A stretch of DNA of 64,000 nucleotides from an archaeon (GTDB lineage Archaea; Iainarchaeota; Iainarchaeia; Iainarchaeales; 1-14-0-10-31-34). The stretch lies in assembly GCA_043819075.1 (NCBI GenBank), contig JBDRFE010000002.1:82653-146652 (forward strand), in the 5' to 3' direction. Each line of letters begins with the position of its first letter. Position 1 is the stretch's first letter. Made by a program: the position numbers and the translations under genes. Under the pieces are notes generated by a model. That model saw nothing but the letters and a program-made list of their open reading frames with translations, made no database searches and was not told where the DNA came from. Below, piece by piece: positions 28,428 through 37,703 of this stretch.

Positions 28428-29402
28428 TTAAAAATACTTGATTTTAAGTATTTCAGAGTAAAGGATGAAATCATAGTCTTTGATTATTTCAGAAAATTTT
28501 TCTTTCATTTCTTTTATTATTCCCGTGAACTCTTTGTGAGAGGAAGCAACTAATTCTATTTCAAAGTCTGCAAATCCGATGCTCTGGTCAACATAAATTA
28601 TTCTTTCATGTTCTAATGCAAAGTCAACAAGTTTATTGTATTTTTTCATGTCCTTTAAGTTAAAGTTAACTTTATAGTAATTCAATCCAAATAAGTCAAA
28701 ATTGAATTTTATTCTGAAGCCCTGGATTAAACCCTGTTTTTTCATTTTGTCCAAGGCATATTTTGCCTGAATCGGGGTAATATTGAGTTTTTTTGCGATT
28801 TCGATTGACGGAATCCTTGCATCAGCTGAAATGATTCTCAGGATTTCCCTTTCTTTTTCTGAAATCTTGATTCTTTCTTTTTTTCCTGAAACAATTTTTA
28901 TTCTTTTCTTGTTTTCATGGTTAAGGAAAGCAAGGTTGAACTGGGTTAATTCAGTGTAAACTGAAACATTCATTTTCTGGAACAAATTCCTGTAATTTAG
29001 CATGAATTTTTTCCAGAATTCATTGAATTCAAAAGAATTTTTTGCCCAGATTACAAAACACAAATCGAATTCGCCGCCAATTTTTCCAAGCCACCAGATC
29101 ATTTTGTTTTCGTGCAGGTAATTCATTAATTCGTTTTCCTGTTCAGGGTTAATGTACTGGTACTTTAAATAAACTCTGAACTGTTCAAAGCCAAGCAAAG
29201 AAGTGTCAATTGCAGTGTAATACCCTAAAATGATTTTTTTTTCTTCAAGTTTTTTTATCCTGTAATTCACTGTTCCTGGCTTCAGCCTTGCTTTTTTTGC
29301 CAGCTTGTTAACAGAAATCCTTGAATTCAGGTCAAGCTCAAACAAAATTTCTCTGTCCTTTGAATCCAAGCCGAGTTTAATGAAAACATCATCCAATGCC
29401 AT
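28428..29402 (-). CDS. Tandem (double) Lrp/AsnC transcriptional regulator
   Basis: Two HTH-RAM units: LDSKDREIL..L..NSRIS..LAKK and EREIL....DARIP..EIAKKL. Confidence 0.88.
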   Translation of the reverse strand: MALDDVFIKLGLDSKDREILFELDLNSRISVNKLAKKARLKPGTVNYRIKKLEEKKIILGYYTAIDTSLLGFEQFRVYLKYQYINPEQENELMNYLHENKMIWWLGKIGGEFDLCFVIWAKNSFEFNEFWKKFMLNYRNLFQKMNVSVYTELTQFNLAFLNHENKKRIKIVSGKKERIKISEKEREILRIISADARIPSIEIAKKLNITPIQAKYALDKMKKQGLIQGFRIKFNFDLFGLNYYKVNFNLKDMKKYNKLVDFALEHERIIYVDQSIGFADFEIELVASSHKEFTGIIKEMKEKFSEIIKDYDFILYSEILKIKYF

Positions 29403-29491
29403 GTTTAATCAAAACAATAAAAACAATTAAAATATTATCTTTTTGATTAAAAATCTGTTAAAAACTTTTAATAGGCTGATAATGTTAAGTT

Positions 29492-30268
29492 ATGTATATG
29501 ACTGGATTTAATTCTGTTGATTTTGTCTGGGATACTTGTATTGAGTTCCTTTACGACAAGGAACTTTATGCTGAGTCCATTTCCGAATTGCTTAAGGAAC
29601 AGGGTGCAAAAAAAATCCTTGACTGTTCCTGCGGGACAGGGTTTCCGTCAATCCAGCTTGCCAAAAGAGGATTTAATGTAACTGCCTCTGATGCAAGCTC
29701 CAGAATGCTTTCAAGGTTCAGAAAAAACATGGAAAAAGAAAAGCTTTCAATCCCTTTTTTTAAGTTAAAATGGAATAAGCTTGACTCTTTTTTTGATTCA
29801 GGCTTTGATGCAGTGTTGTGCAGGGGAAACTCTCTTCCTTATGCTGTTTCGTGGGAGAAAAATTCAGTTGACCTTGAAAAAGCAAGAAAAGAAATTTTTG
29901 TTTCACTCAAAAACATGTTTAACCTGCTGAAAGAAAACGGTTTTTTGTATGTTGACCTTTCTCCAAGAGAATCTTTTTCCCCTTTAAACACTGTTTTTAT
30001 CCACAAATTCAGGCCAAAAGAAATTGACGGAAAAACTGTTTTAATTGACTGGAAGATAACCCACTTTTTGGATAAAGGAAAGAGAATCTGGAATGCAAAC
30101 CTTCTGGTTAAAGAAACTAAAAAAAATTTTTCTCTGCGTTTTGAAGGCTATCATTTAAGGCACGCTGAACTGCTTTCAATTCTAAAAGAAGTTGGTTTTA
30201 AGAGAATATTTCCTTATGTTGATATTGAAGGGGAAAAAACTTATGATGTTTTTCTTGCATTCAAGTGA
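29492..30268 (+). CDS. Class I SAM-dependent methyltransferase, glycine/sarcosine N-methyltransferase-like
   Basis: ILDCSCGTG, VTASDAS..ML, FDAVLCRGNSL. Confidence 0.8.
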   Translation: MYMTGFNSVDFVWDTCIEFLYDKELYAESISELLKEQGAKKILDCSCGTGFPSIQLAKRGFNVTASDASSRMLSRFRKNMEKEKLSIPFFKLKWNKLDSFFDSGFDAVLCRGNSLPYAVSWEKNSVDLEKARKEIFVSLKNMFNLLKENGFLYVDLSPRESFSPLNTVFIHKFRPKEIDGKTVLIDWKITHFLDKGKRIWNANLLVKETKKNFSLRFEGYHLRHAELLSILKEVGFKRIFPYVDIEGEKTYDVFLAFK

Positions 30269-30274
30269 TGTTTT

Positions 30275-30616
30275 ATGAAATGCTTTCTTAAATCAAAAAT
30301 CCACAGGGCAACAGTAACTGAAGCAAACTTAAATTACATTGGAAGCATTTCAATTGACTCTGCTTTAATGCAGAAAGCAGGAATAGAGGAATTTGAAAAA
30401 GTTTTAGTTTGCAATATAAACAACGGGGAAAGAATTGAAACTTATGCAGTAAAGGCTGAAGCGGATTCAGGGACAATCTGCCTGAACGGGGCAGCAGCAA
30501 GAAAATTCCTTGCAGGGGATTTGGTGATAATCCTTGCATTTGAATATTCAGACAAGCCAGTCAAGCCAAAAATAGTTTTAGTGAATGAAAAAAACGCGTT
30601 TGCTGAATTCCTGTGA
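30275..30616 (+). CDS. panD: Aspartate 1-decarboxylase (pyruvoyl-dependent)
   Basis: KSKIHRATVT.A.LNY.GSI.ID self-cleavage site, NGERIETY, CLNGAAAR. Confidence 0.96.
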   Translation: MKCFLKSKIHRATVTEANLNYIGSISIDSALMQKAGIEEFEKVLVCNINNGERIETYAVKAEADSGTICLNGAAARKFLAGDLVIILAFEYSDKPVKPKIVLVNEKNAFAEFL

Positions 30617-30620
30617 AAAT

Positions 30621-30653
30621 CACCGGAAACCTGCCCTGAAAACATTTTTAAAT
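30621..30653 (+). promoter_or_regulatory. CACCGG motif copy 2 plus TATA-like box of nurA
   Basis: CACCGG 53 nt before ATG; TTTTTAAAT at 30645. Confidence 0.55.
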
Positions 30654-30673
30654 TAACAGAACTTGAATCTATT

Positions 30674-31774
30674 ATGAATGTTAATTCCCTGATATCTGAT
30701 GCAGTTACAAGAATAAAAGGCACTGAAAGCAAAAAAAAGCTTACCGCAAAAAAATTAACTGAATTAAAAAAACAAAAATTAACTGCATTCAGTTCCCCTG
30801 AACTGCTTGAAGAAAACTTTTTTTATGAAGTTTCTCCGACAGAATTAAACCATAAAATTGCAGGAACTGACTCTGGTTTTGTCGGCAAAAGAATGCATTC
30901 AGTTGACATAATCTTAATCAAAACTGTTTCAGCAATTTTTTCCTACAAAAAAAACAAGTTAATGAAAACAGAATACTTTCCTTCACCTACAAGTTTTCCG
31001 AAACCATTTATTTCTTCCAATACATTAGAAAACGATGAGTTTTTATGCAACCAGTCTTTGCTGAGGCTGCAGGAAGAAATTTCTTGTTCAAAAAAAGTAA
31101 TCGAAGAATTCAAGCCGGATTACTGTTTTATTGACGGAAGCATTATTCCCCAGTATGCCGACAAGGCAAGAAAAGGCTCTGCATTAAACTCTGATTATTC
31201 TTCTTTAATCAAATTGTTTGAATCATTGTATGAAACAGCTGAAAAAAATTCCTGCAGTTTAATTGCAACAGTAGAAGATTCAAGGGGCTCTAGATTCCGG
31301 AGTATTTTGCAGAAAGAAATACTGGAAAAAAACAATCTGCTTGCATCAAATGAATTAGATTGTTTTTTTGATTCAAGCCTGCTTGATTATTTGCTGTCAA
31401 AAAACCAGAGAAGCTTTTGCTTTAATTACACTTCTTCAATTAAAGAGCATCCTGTGTTAAACGATTTCAGCGAAAAATGGGCTTCAAAGATTAAAGCATT
31501 TTATTTGAAGCCTTCAATGCTTGACAGGCCGTTGAGAATAGAGTTTTTGCATAACGGAAAAAACCTTTCAGGGTACTGCAATGAAATTGCTTCAATTGTT
31601 TTGCCGCTTTCTTCTCTGCACAAAGAATACGCTTATCCAAGTGTTTTGATTGAAGCAGACTTGAGGGCAAGATTAAAGCAGAATGAAGTTGAAATTCTTT
31701 TCAATAAAATCCAGGACAAGCTTGGAAGAGAAAACGCTTTTCTTGCATTAAGAAGGAATTCAAGGCCTTTTTAA
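30674..31774 (+). CDS. nurA: DNA double-strand-break repair nuclease NurA
   Basis: IAGTDSG, FIDGSI, PLRIEF, YAYP.VLIEAD..A; near herA. Confidence 0.88.
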   Translation: MNVNSLISDAVTRIKGTESKKKLTAKKLTELKKQKLTAFSSPELLEENFFYEVSPTELNHKIAGTDSGFVGKRMHSVDIILIKTVSAIFSYKKNKLMKTEYFPSPTSFPKPFISSNTLENDEFLCNQSLLRLQEEISCSKKVIEEFKPDYCFIDGSIIPQYADKARKGSALNSDYSSLIKLFESLYETAEKNSCSLIATVEDSRGSRFRSILQKEILEKNNLLASNELDCFFDSSLLDYLLSKNQRSFCFNYTSSIKEHPVLNDFSEKWASKIKAFYLKPSMLDRPLRIEFLHNGKNLSGYCNEIASIVLPLSSLHKEYAYPSVLIEADLRARLKQNEVEILFNKIQDKLGRENAFLALRRNSRPF

Positions 31775-31827
31775 TGAAAACAAAACTGTTTTATATAGTT
31801 TGTTATATATTTGCTATAGTGAATTAT

Positions 31828-32049
31828 GTGCCTGAGGTAACTACTATCCAATTAGAAAAAAATGTCGTGGAAAAACTGAAAAAATCAAAAAGGTATTCTA
31901 GGCAGACTTACTCTGAGTTAATCAGCAATATGCTTAAAGCTTATAATTTTCACAGAAACCAGTATGACGAGTTTCTCCACAAAATCCAGCAGGAGAAAAT
32001 GAAAGAATTATGGGACAATGATGAAGATGAGGAATGGGAAAAAGCTTGA
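31828..32049 (+). CDS. Putative antitoxin
   Basis: TTIQL....KLK......TYSELI; C-terminal LWDNDEDEEW overlaps toxin start. Confidence 0.7.
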   Translation: MPEVTTIQLEKNVVEKLKKSKRYSRQTYSELISNMLKAYNFHRNQYDEFLHKIQQEKMKELWDNDEDEEWEKA

Positions 32050-32356
32050 AGCCGGAGAAGTAGTTTTAACTCAAATTCAATTTGCAGATTCTTTTGAGAC
32101 AAAAAAAAGGCCTGTGGTTGTTTTGTTTGAAGAATTCACCAATGTTATTGTCGCAGGGATTACAAGCAACCTTGAAATGAAGGGAATTCCTTTGAGCAAA
32201 AAGGAAGGTGCAATAAAAGACAGCGTCATTAAAACAAATTATATTTTTACGACATCTGAAAAAGCGATATTAAAGAAATTGTTTAAATTAAGTAAAGAAA
32301 AAAGAATTATTTTATACAATGAACTAAATCAAAAATTTGAAAAACTAAAAACCTAA
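32018..32356 (+). CDS. MazF/PemK-family toxin
   Basis: GEVVL...F.D...KKRPVVVL, AGITSN, DSVIK. Confidence 0.82.
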   Translation: MMKMRNGKKLEAGEVVLTQIQFADSFETKKRPVVVLFEEFTNVIVAGITSNLEMKGIPLSKKEGAIKDSVIKTNYIFTTSEKAILKKLFKLSKEKRIILYNELNQKFEKLKT

Positions 32357-32399
32357 TCAATTAAATTGTTTTCCCATATTATTTTTTTATTGATTTTAA

Positions 32400-33077
32400 A
32401 TGAACAAAAAATTAAAAGTAAAAGCAGTTTTTTTTGATTTATGGAATACTATTGCTTTCACTGACTCAAAAAAAGAGGTTTTCAGGGAAATGCAGATCCG
32501 CTTAGGATTGAATGAATTAACTCATTCACAGTTTTTGCAGGAATGCGAGAACGCAATAATGACAGAAGAATTTGAGTCAATTGACCACTTGAATGCAAGG
32601 CTGTTAAATCATTTTAATGTTCCGACAGGAGAAATTTTGCTTGGAGATCTGGATTTTATGTGGAATCATGCCTTAAAAAACAATAAATTGTTTCCTGAAA
32701 CAATTAAAGCCCTTGAAAAAACTAAAAAGCATTTTAAGACTGCATTAATTTCTAACTGCGAAAACTTTGGCGTTAAATCACTTTCAAAAGATTTTTCTTT
32801 AAGCAATTATTTTGATGAAGTTGTTTTGTCATGTGAAACAGGCTTGTTAAAGCCTAACCCAAAAATTTTTTTGCTTCCCTTGAAAAAACTTAAAATAAAG
32901 CCCCAGGATGCAGTAATGATTGGAGATTCAATGAGAACTGATATGGGCGGGGCAAAAAGGGCTGGGATGAAAACAATTTTAATTGACAGGAAAGGAAAAG
33001 CAAAAGGAAAAAACCTTTCAGTGGATGCAGTAATTAATTCTTTGAATGAACTGCCTGAAATAATCAGCTTCAAATAG
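32400..33077 (+). CDS. HAD-superfamily hydrolase
   Basis: FFDLWNTI, ISN, KPNP.IF, IGDS..TD..GA. Confidence 0.9.
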   Translation: MNKKLKVKAVFFDLWNTIAFTDSKKEVFREMQIRLGLNELTHSQFLQECENAIMTEEFESIDHLNARLLNHFNVPTGEILLGDLDFMWNHALKNNKLFPETIKALEKTKKHFKTALISNCENFGVKSLSKDFSLSNYFDEVVLSCETGLLKPNPKIFLLPLKKLKIKPQDAVMIGDSMRTDMGGAKRAGMKTILIDRKGKAKGKNLSVDAVINSLNELPEIISFK

Positions 33078-33088
33078 TTTTGGTGTTT

Positions 33089-33120
33089 CACCGGCATTGC
33101 ACACTGAAAGCCTTTAAATA
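33089..33120 (+). promoter_or_regulatory. CACCGG motif copy 3 plus TATA-like box of herA
   Basis: CACCGGCA 53 nt before ATG 33142; TTTAAATA at 33113. Confidence 0.55.
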
Positions 33121-33141
33121 ACCTCTAATCATTTTTTGGTT

Positions 33142-34686
33142 ATGGAAGAAAAACAGGAAATCGGCACAGTTATTTCTACAATGGATTCTCCTAGCCCATC
33201 CAAGCTAAGTTTTGTAGTTGACTCAGACAAGCCTGTTCACCGAGGCCAGTTTGTTGAACTGGATTACTCTGAAGGAACATTAATTGCTTTAGTGAACAAC
33301 GTAGTGAAAACAAACCGTTATTTTGAGAGAGCTGATTCAGTAAAAGAATTTGAATCAAATGGTTTAAGCCTCAAAGAACAGTTTCCTACCACTGAATGGG
33401 AATTTTTGATTGCAGAAACAAGACCTTTAGGTGTTTTCACTGAAAGCCTAACCAAGCGCTCTACTTTTCCTCCTTCTCCTGGCATTAAAGTCAGGGTTGC
33501 TTCGGATAAAAACCTGAAAAAATTTTTTGGTTTTGATGAAAAAAACGGATTAAGTCTTGGAAAAGTCGAATACCATGACACTGAAGTAAAAATTAATTTA
33601 ACTAAATTAATGCAAAAGCATGTTGCTGTTCTTGCAATGAGTGGTGCAGGGAAATCATATTTTGTCGGCGTCTTATTGGAGGAACTGCTTGAAAGAAAAA
33701 AAGAGCAGGGAAGGATTGCAACAATAGTGTTAGATGTTCACGGCGAATACGGTTCTTTTTGCGAGCCAACAACAGACAAAAAATTCAAAGACTATTCTTC
33801 TAAAACAAAATTAGTTAATGCAAGAAACATCCGCATCGGCGTATCAAAGCTTTCAGCAGGATTGTTTTCTTCAATTCTTCCGGGTTTAAGCGCTCCCCAG
33901 AAAAGGGATTTAGGAAGAATTATTTTTAAATTACAGCAGAAAATGAAGGAAGGTCTTGGACCGTATTCTTTGAATGACATTAAAAGAGAATTATCCAAAG
34001 ACGAGGAAGTAAAAGATGTAACAGAAAAAGCCTTGAATTCGTGGTTTGCTGAATTAGAGGAACTGAATTTGTTTTCTGAAACAGATTCTCCTTCTTTAGA
34101 GGATTTGGTTGAGCCAGGCAAAATGACTGTAGTTGATTTTTCTGATATAATTCATTTAAAGAAAAAACAGATTATAGTGAATTATTTTGCAAACAAATTG
34201 TTTGCCTTGAGAAGAAAAAAACAGATTCCGCCTTTTTTCCTTGTTCTCGAGGAAGCTCACCAGTTTATTCCAGAGCGAATGTCAAAAGAAGGCGCGATTG
34301 CAAGAAGCATTTTAGAGACAATTGCAAGAGAAGGACGAAAATTTGGTGCGGCTTTATGTTTGATTTCCCAGAGGCCAATTCAGTTAAGCACTACAGTTTT
34401 ATCTCAATGCAATACTCACATCATTTTGCGCATTACAAATCCTTATGACTTAAAGCATATCGGAGAAAGCTCTGAAGGACTAGATTCCCGTTCACTTGAA
34501 ATGATTACTGTTTTAAGAGTCGGAGAAGCATTAATCTTGGGGGAAGCAACAGGCTTTCCATTGTTTTTTAAGGTAAGGAAAAGGCTTTCAGCTGAATCAA
34601 GGCACGAGAAATCAATTGAACAAAGTGCAATAGACTTTGAGGATTCAGCAGATGAAAGAGAAAACGAGGCAAGACAGTTTCTTTAG
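33142..34686 (+). CDS. herA: HerA bipolar DNA helicase/translocase
   Basis: HAS barrel, HVAVLAMSGAGKS, DVHGEY, LEEAH, AREGRKFG, SQRP. Confidence 0.93.
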   Translation: MEEKQEIGTVISTMDSPSPSKLSFVVDSDKPVHRGQFVELDYSEGTLIALVNNVVKTNRYFERADSVKEFESNGLSLKEQFPTTEWEFLIAETRPLGVFTESLTKRSTFPPSPGIKVRVASDKNLKKFFGFDEKNGLSLGKVEYHDTEVKINLTKLMQKHVAVLAMSGAGKSYFVGVLLEELLERKKEQGRIATIVLDVHGEYGSFCEPTTDKKFKDYSSKTKLVNARNIRIGVSKLSAGLFSSILPGLSAPQKRDLGRIIFKLQQKMKEGLGPYSLNDIKRELSKDEEVKDVTEKALNSWFAELEELNLFSETDSPSLEDLVEPGKMTVVDFSDIIHLKKKQIIVNYFANKLFALRRKKQIPPFFLVLEEAHQFIPERMSKEGAIARSILETIAREGRKFGAALCLISQRPIQLSTTVLSQCNTHIILRITNPYDLKHIGESSEGLDSRSLEMITVLRVGEALILGEATGFPLFFKVRKRLSAESRHEKSIEQSAIDFEDSADERENEARQFL

Positions 34687-35660
34687 TGATGTTTTGGTTT
34701 TCTTTTAAGAGTAAGAATGCCTGATTTTTTTTTGCCTCTGCGCCCTGTTTTGTATCTGAATCCAAGCTGGTCAAATACTGCCCTGTGCATTCTGAATCCT
34801 GCTGTTGCAATTCTTTGTTTTTCTCTTGCAATAATACTGTTTTCTTCAGGAGTTCTTTTTTTTGGATCAACCAGCCTTATTTTTCCAATGCTTTTTTTAT
34901 TTTTGGGCATTCCTTTTAATAGTTTTTTATTTTCTACCAGCCTGTTCATTACAACATTTTCAGACGGCGTCATGTATGGAAGAGTTCTCGGGTTTCTTGC
35001 TTCAACTTTTATGTTGTCTGAAGCTGCTGAAACAAGAGTTTCTGCCATGAATCTGAATGCAGATGTCGCTTTTTTGCGCAAACCTAGTTTTGTCAGTGTT
35101 TTGGAAAATTCTTCTATTTCTTTTCTATTAATGCTTCCCTGAAAGTTTCCTATCACTAAAACAGGTTTTCCGTTTTTTGTAAACCTGAACCCTAAATTAA
35201 GTCTGGCTATCGGAAACTTTTCAGTTCCTTCTATTAGGTTTATTGCCAGCATGTTTCCGTCTTCGACACTCTGGCCTAAAGCAAACCTGAATTTTCCTAT
35301 TGTTTTTCCTGAAATTTTTCCCAAGGTTTCTGCAAAATTTTTTAGGACAAACCGCATGTTTGCTTTGTTTGCGCTTGCATCATCTTCATATGTTCTTTTA
35401 TATTGGCGCATAGAAGGAGAATCTGTTATAATCTGTAAACTGTGCCTGATTATTGTTCGAACAACTTCAAGGCTGCTTTTTTTGACTGAATTTAAAATTA
35501 GTTCTGAATCGTTTCTTGAAATTAATTTTGTTTTGTCATGGTAAGTTAAACTATAAAAAACATGTTCAGCAAATTTTTTTGCTTCCTGCCTTGGAATTCC
35601 TGTTTTGTTTAATTCTCCTTCGAATTCTCTTTGGGAAACAAATAATTGTGATTTTGCCAT
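34683..35660 (-). CDS. Hypothetical protein with very basic C-terminus
   Basis: 325-aa ORF, no family recognised. Confidence 0.6.
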   Translation of the reverse strand: MAKSQLFVSQREFEGELNKTGIPRQEAKKFAEHVFYSLTYHDKTKLISRNDSELILNSVKKSSLEVVRTIIRHSLQIITDSPSMRQYKRTYEDDASANKANMRFVLKNFAETLGKISGKTIGKFRFALGQSVEDGNMLAINLIEGTEKFPIARLNLGFRFTKNGKPVLVIGNFQGSINRKEIEEFSKTLTKLGLRKKATSAFRFMAETLVSAASDNIKVEARNPRTLPYMTPSENVVMNRLVENKKLLKGMPKNKKSIGKIRLVDPKKRTPEENSIIAREKQRIATAGFRMHRAVFDQLGFRYKTGRRGKKKSGILTLKRKPKHH

Positions 35661-35700
35661 AAAACAATTGTTTATTTTAAGTTAATAATGCTTCCTTTAA

Positions 35701-35952
35701 TCAAAGCCCTAATTTTTTCAGCCTTGTAATCGGGTCGTCGTTAATGTATTCTTCTAATGCTTTCTCCAATTCATCGTCTTTTTCGTAAGCCAAGCCTGAT
35801 TTTTTTTTCCCGCTCATGTCTTCAATTCTCAGCCTGACGGAATCCCTTACTGCTTCAGTCCGAGAAGCATAAAACCCTTTTTTGACAAGTTTATCAATTT
35901 CCTCTATATCTTTTTTTGAAAAATTAATTAACACAGAAATCCTTGAAGCCAA
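35701..35952 (-). CDS. Ribbon-helix-helix (CopG-like) regulator
   Basis: IDKLVKKGFYASRTEAVRDSVR; GGTGG SD, TTG start. Confidence 0.82.
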   Translation of the reverse strand: MASRISVLINFSKKDIEEIDKLVKKGFYASRTEAVRDSVRLRIEDMSGKKKSGLAYEKDDELEKALEEYINDDPITRLKKLGL

Positions 35953-36054
35953 TCAAACCACCAGTAAAACAGAACGCAATCAGAATTAATAAATATATAC
36001 TTTAATACAATCTTTATATATTTTTTATATATTAAGCTGTTTTTTTCAGATTTT

Positions 36055-36088
36055 CACCGGCAGTCATGTGTCTGCTTTTGTTTTTAAA
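36055..36088 (+). promoter_or_regulatory. CACCGG motif copy 4 plus TATA-like box
   Basis: CACCGGCAGTCA 55 nt before ATG 36110; TTTTTAAA at 36081. Confidence 0.55.
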
Positions 36089-36109
36089 CCAAAAAAATTT
36101 TCTTTTATC

Positions 36110-37597
36110 ATGCCTTTGCCCAATGCCTTTTATTTATCCAATGCGGAATATGTTGAAGAAAAAAAACGCGTGTGCGTTGAATTTTCTTCTTTGAATGAAA
36201 CCAGACGAATTTCTTTCCCTTTTATTCCATGCATTTTAGTGCATCAAACTCTTTTGGATGAATCACTTAATTCTTTTCTTTCTGATTCAGGAAAAAAAAT
36301 AAGAACAGAAAAAATTGCAAACGGCTTAAAGATTTTTTCTTCTGATTTTTCTCTTTTAAATGAAATTAATTTTCTTTCAGGAAAAAAATGCATTCTGCTT
36401 TCTCCTGAAAGGCAGTTTTTGCTTGAAAAAAACTGGAGTTTTTTTGATGAATTTGAGTTAGGCGGAGAAATAACAAAAAAAGAACTTGAAAAGCTTCCTG
36501 AAATAAAGCTTGATTTTGCTTCTGGCTCTTTAAAGGATTTTGTTTCTGAACTGCTTTCTGTTTCAGACCTTCCTGCAAAAAGCTTTCTTAACAAATTAGT
36601 TCTTTCAAATATTTTGTGTGTTAAGCCTGAACTGCTTTCTGTTTCCAAGCCTGCTTTAACAGATTTTTTCATTGAATCGGTTTTGTTCAAAAACAGTTTT
36701 GCTTTTGTGAAAAAAAACCCTAAATTTGATTCAGGTTTTTCAGGGAAAACTTCTTTTTCTAAACTAAAAGAAGTTGATTTTTCTTTTGTCTGGCCTGTGC
36801 TTTTTTCTTTTCCTTTCCATAATCTTGGTTTTGAATCAATTAATTGTTCCTGCTGCAGGCCTGAAAACCCTGCTGAAAGAAATGTCCTTCCATCATCTCT
36901 TATTGAAGTCAGGTTCATTCAGGATGGAATATACTTTGAATCAACAAACAACGAATGGGGTTCTTTTGTGCATGAAAATTCTTCTGGAAAACAAAAAAGA
37001 GTCAAGAAAATGATTGAATGGAATCTTAGAAGCATTCCTTTGGGCCCTTTTTTCAGAAACGATGTTTTGAGGGTTCCGTTAACTGATGCAGCCAAATTAA
37101 GAGATGAAGGAAAAGTTGTTTTTTTGTCTTCTCATGACCTGCACTGGGCTTGCACTAAAAAAGAGTCTTTTCTGTCTGAAAAATTAAGTGAATTAAACAA
37201 AAAAATTGTTTTTTTTGAAAGAAGGATTAATGAGCTTGAACTGAATTCGGTTAAAGAGAACGGAATTGCTTTTTCTTTGTTTCTTGACGAAGACACTGAA
37301 TTCATTTTTCTTTCAGAGTATAAAAAGGCTTTGAGGCAGCTTTTTTCTTCTGTTCCATTCCAGCTGGCTTCTTTTTCTTCTGCTTTTTTTGATTTTTCTC
37401 TTTCAAATTCAATTAAATGTGTTTTTGCATCTGTTTTAAGCAGGTTCAGGGAGTTTTCTTTGCTGAATTCAAGCGCTTCTTTTGCCCAAAAAAACACTGT
37501 TTTAATTGATTCAGATAATGCCTTGGATTTGCTGTTGGAGTTTTCCAAGTCTGAGGGAATCCCGGTTCCAGAATTAGGGCTTGCGGTAAAGCCATGA
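36110..37597 (+). CDS. Degenerate (probably inactive) family-B DNA polymerase-derived protein
   Basis: VDFSFVWP...HNLGFESINCSCC resembles PolB motif A; HWAC.K.ESFL...L.EL; no YxDTD. Confidence 0.6.
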   Translation: MPLPNAFYLSNAEYVEEKKRVCVEFSSLNETRRISFPFIPCILVHQTLLDESLNSFLSDSGKKIRTEKIANGLKIFSSDFSLLNEINFLSGKKCILLSPERQFLLEKNWSFFDEFELGGEITKKELEKLPEIKLDFASGSLKDFVSELLSVSDLPAKSFLNKLVLSNILCVKPELLSVSKPALTDFFIESVLFKNSFAFVKKNPKFDSGFSGKTSFSKLKEVDFSFVWPVLFSFPFHNLGFESINCSCCRPENPAERNVLPSSLIEVRFIQDGIYFESTNNEWGSFVHENSSGKQKRVKKMIEWNLRSIPLGPFFRNDVLRVPLTDAAKLRDEGKVVFLSSHDLHWACTKKESFLSEKLSELNKKIVFFERRINELELNSVKENGIAFSLFLDEDTEFIFLSEYKKALRQLFSSVPFQLASFSSAFFDFSLSNSIKCVFASVLSRFREFSLLNSSASFAQKNTVLIDSDNALDLLLEFSKSEGIPVPELGLAVKP

Positions 37598-37703
37598 AAC
37601 CTTGCTTTTAACAGCCCTGAAACTGCTTCTTTTTTATTTGTTTTCTTGTACTCTTATTATTGCTATTAACCGCTTTTTTTTATGGCTTTTAATTGTTGTT
37701 TGA

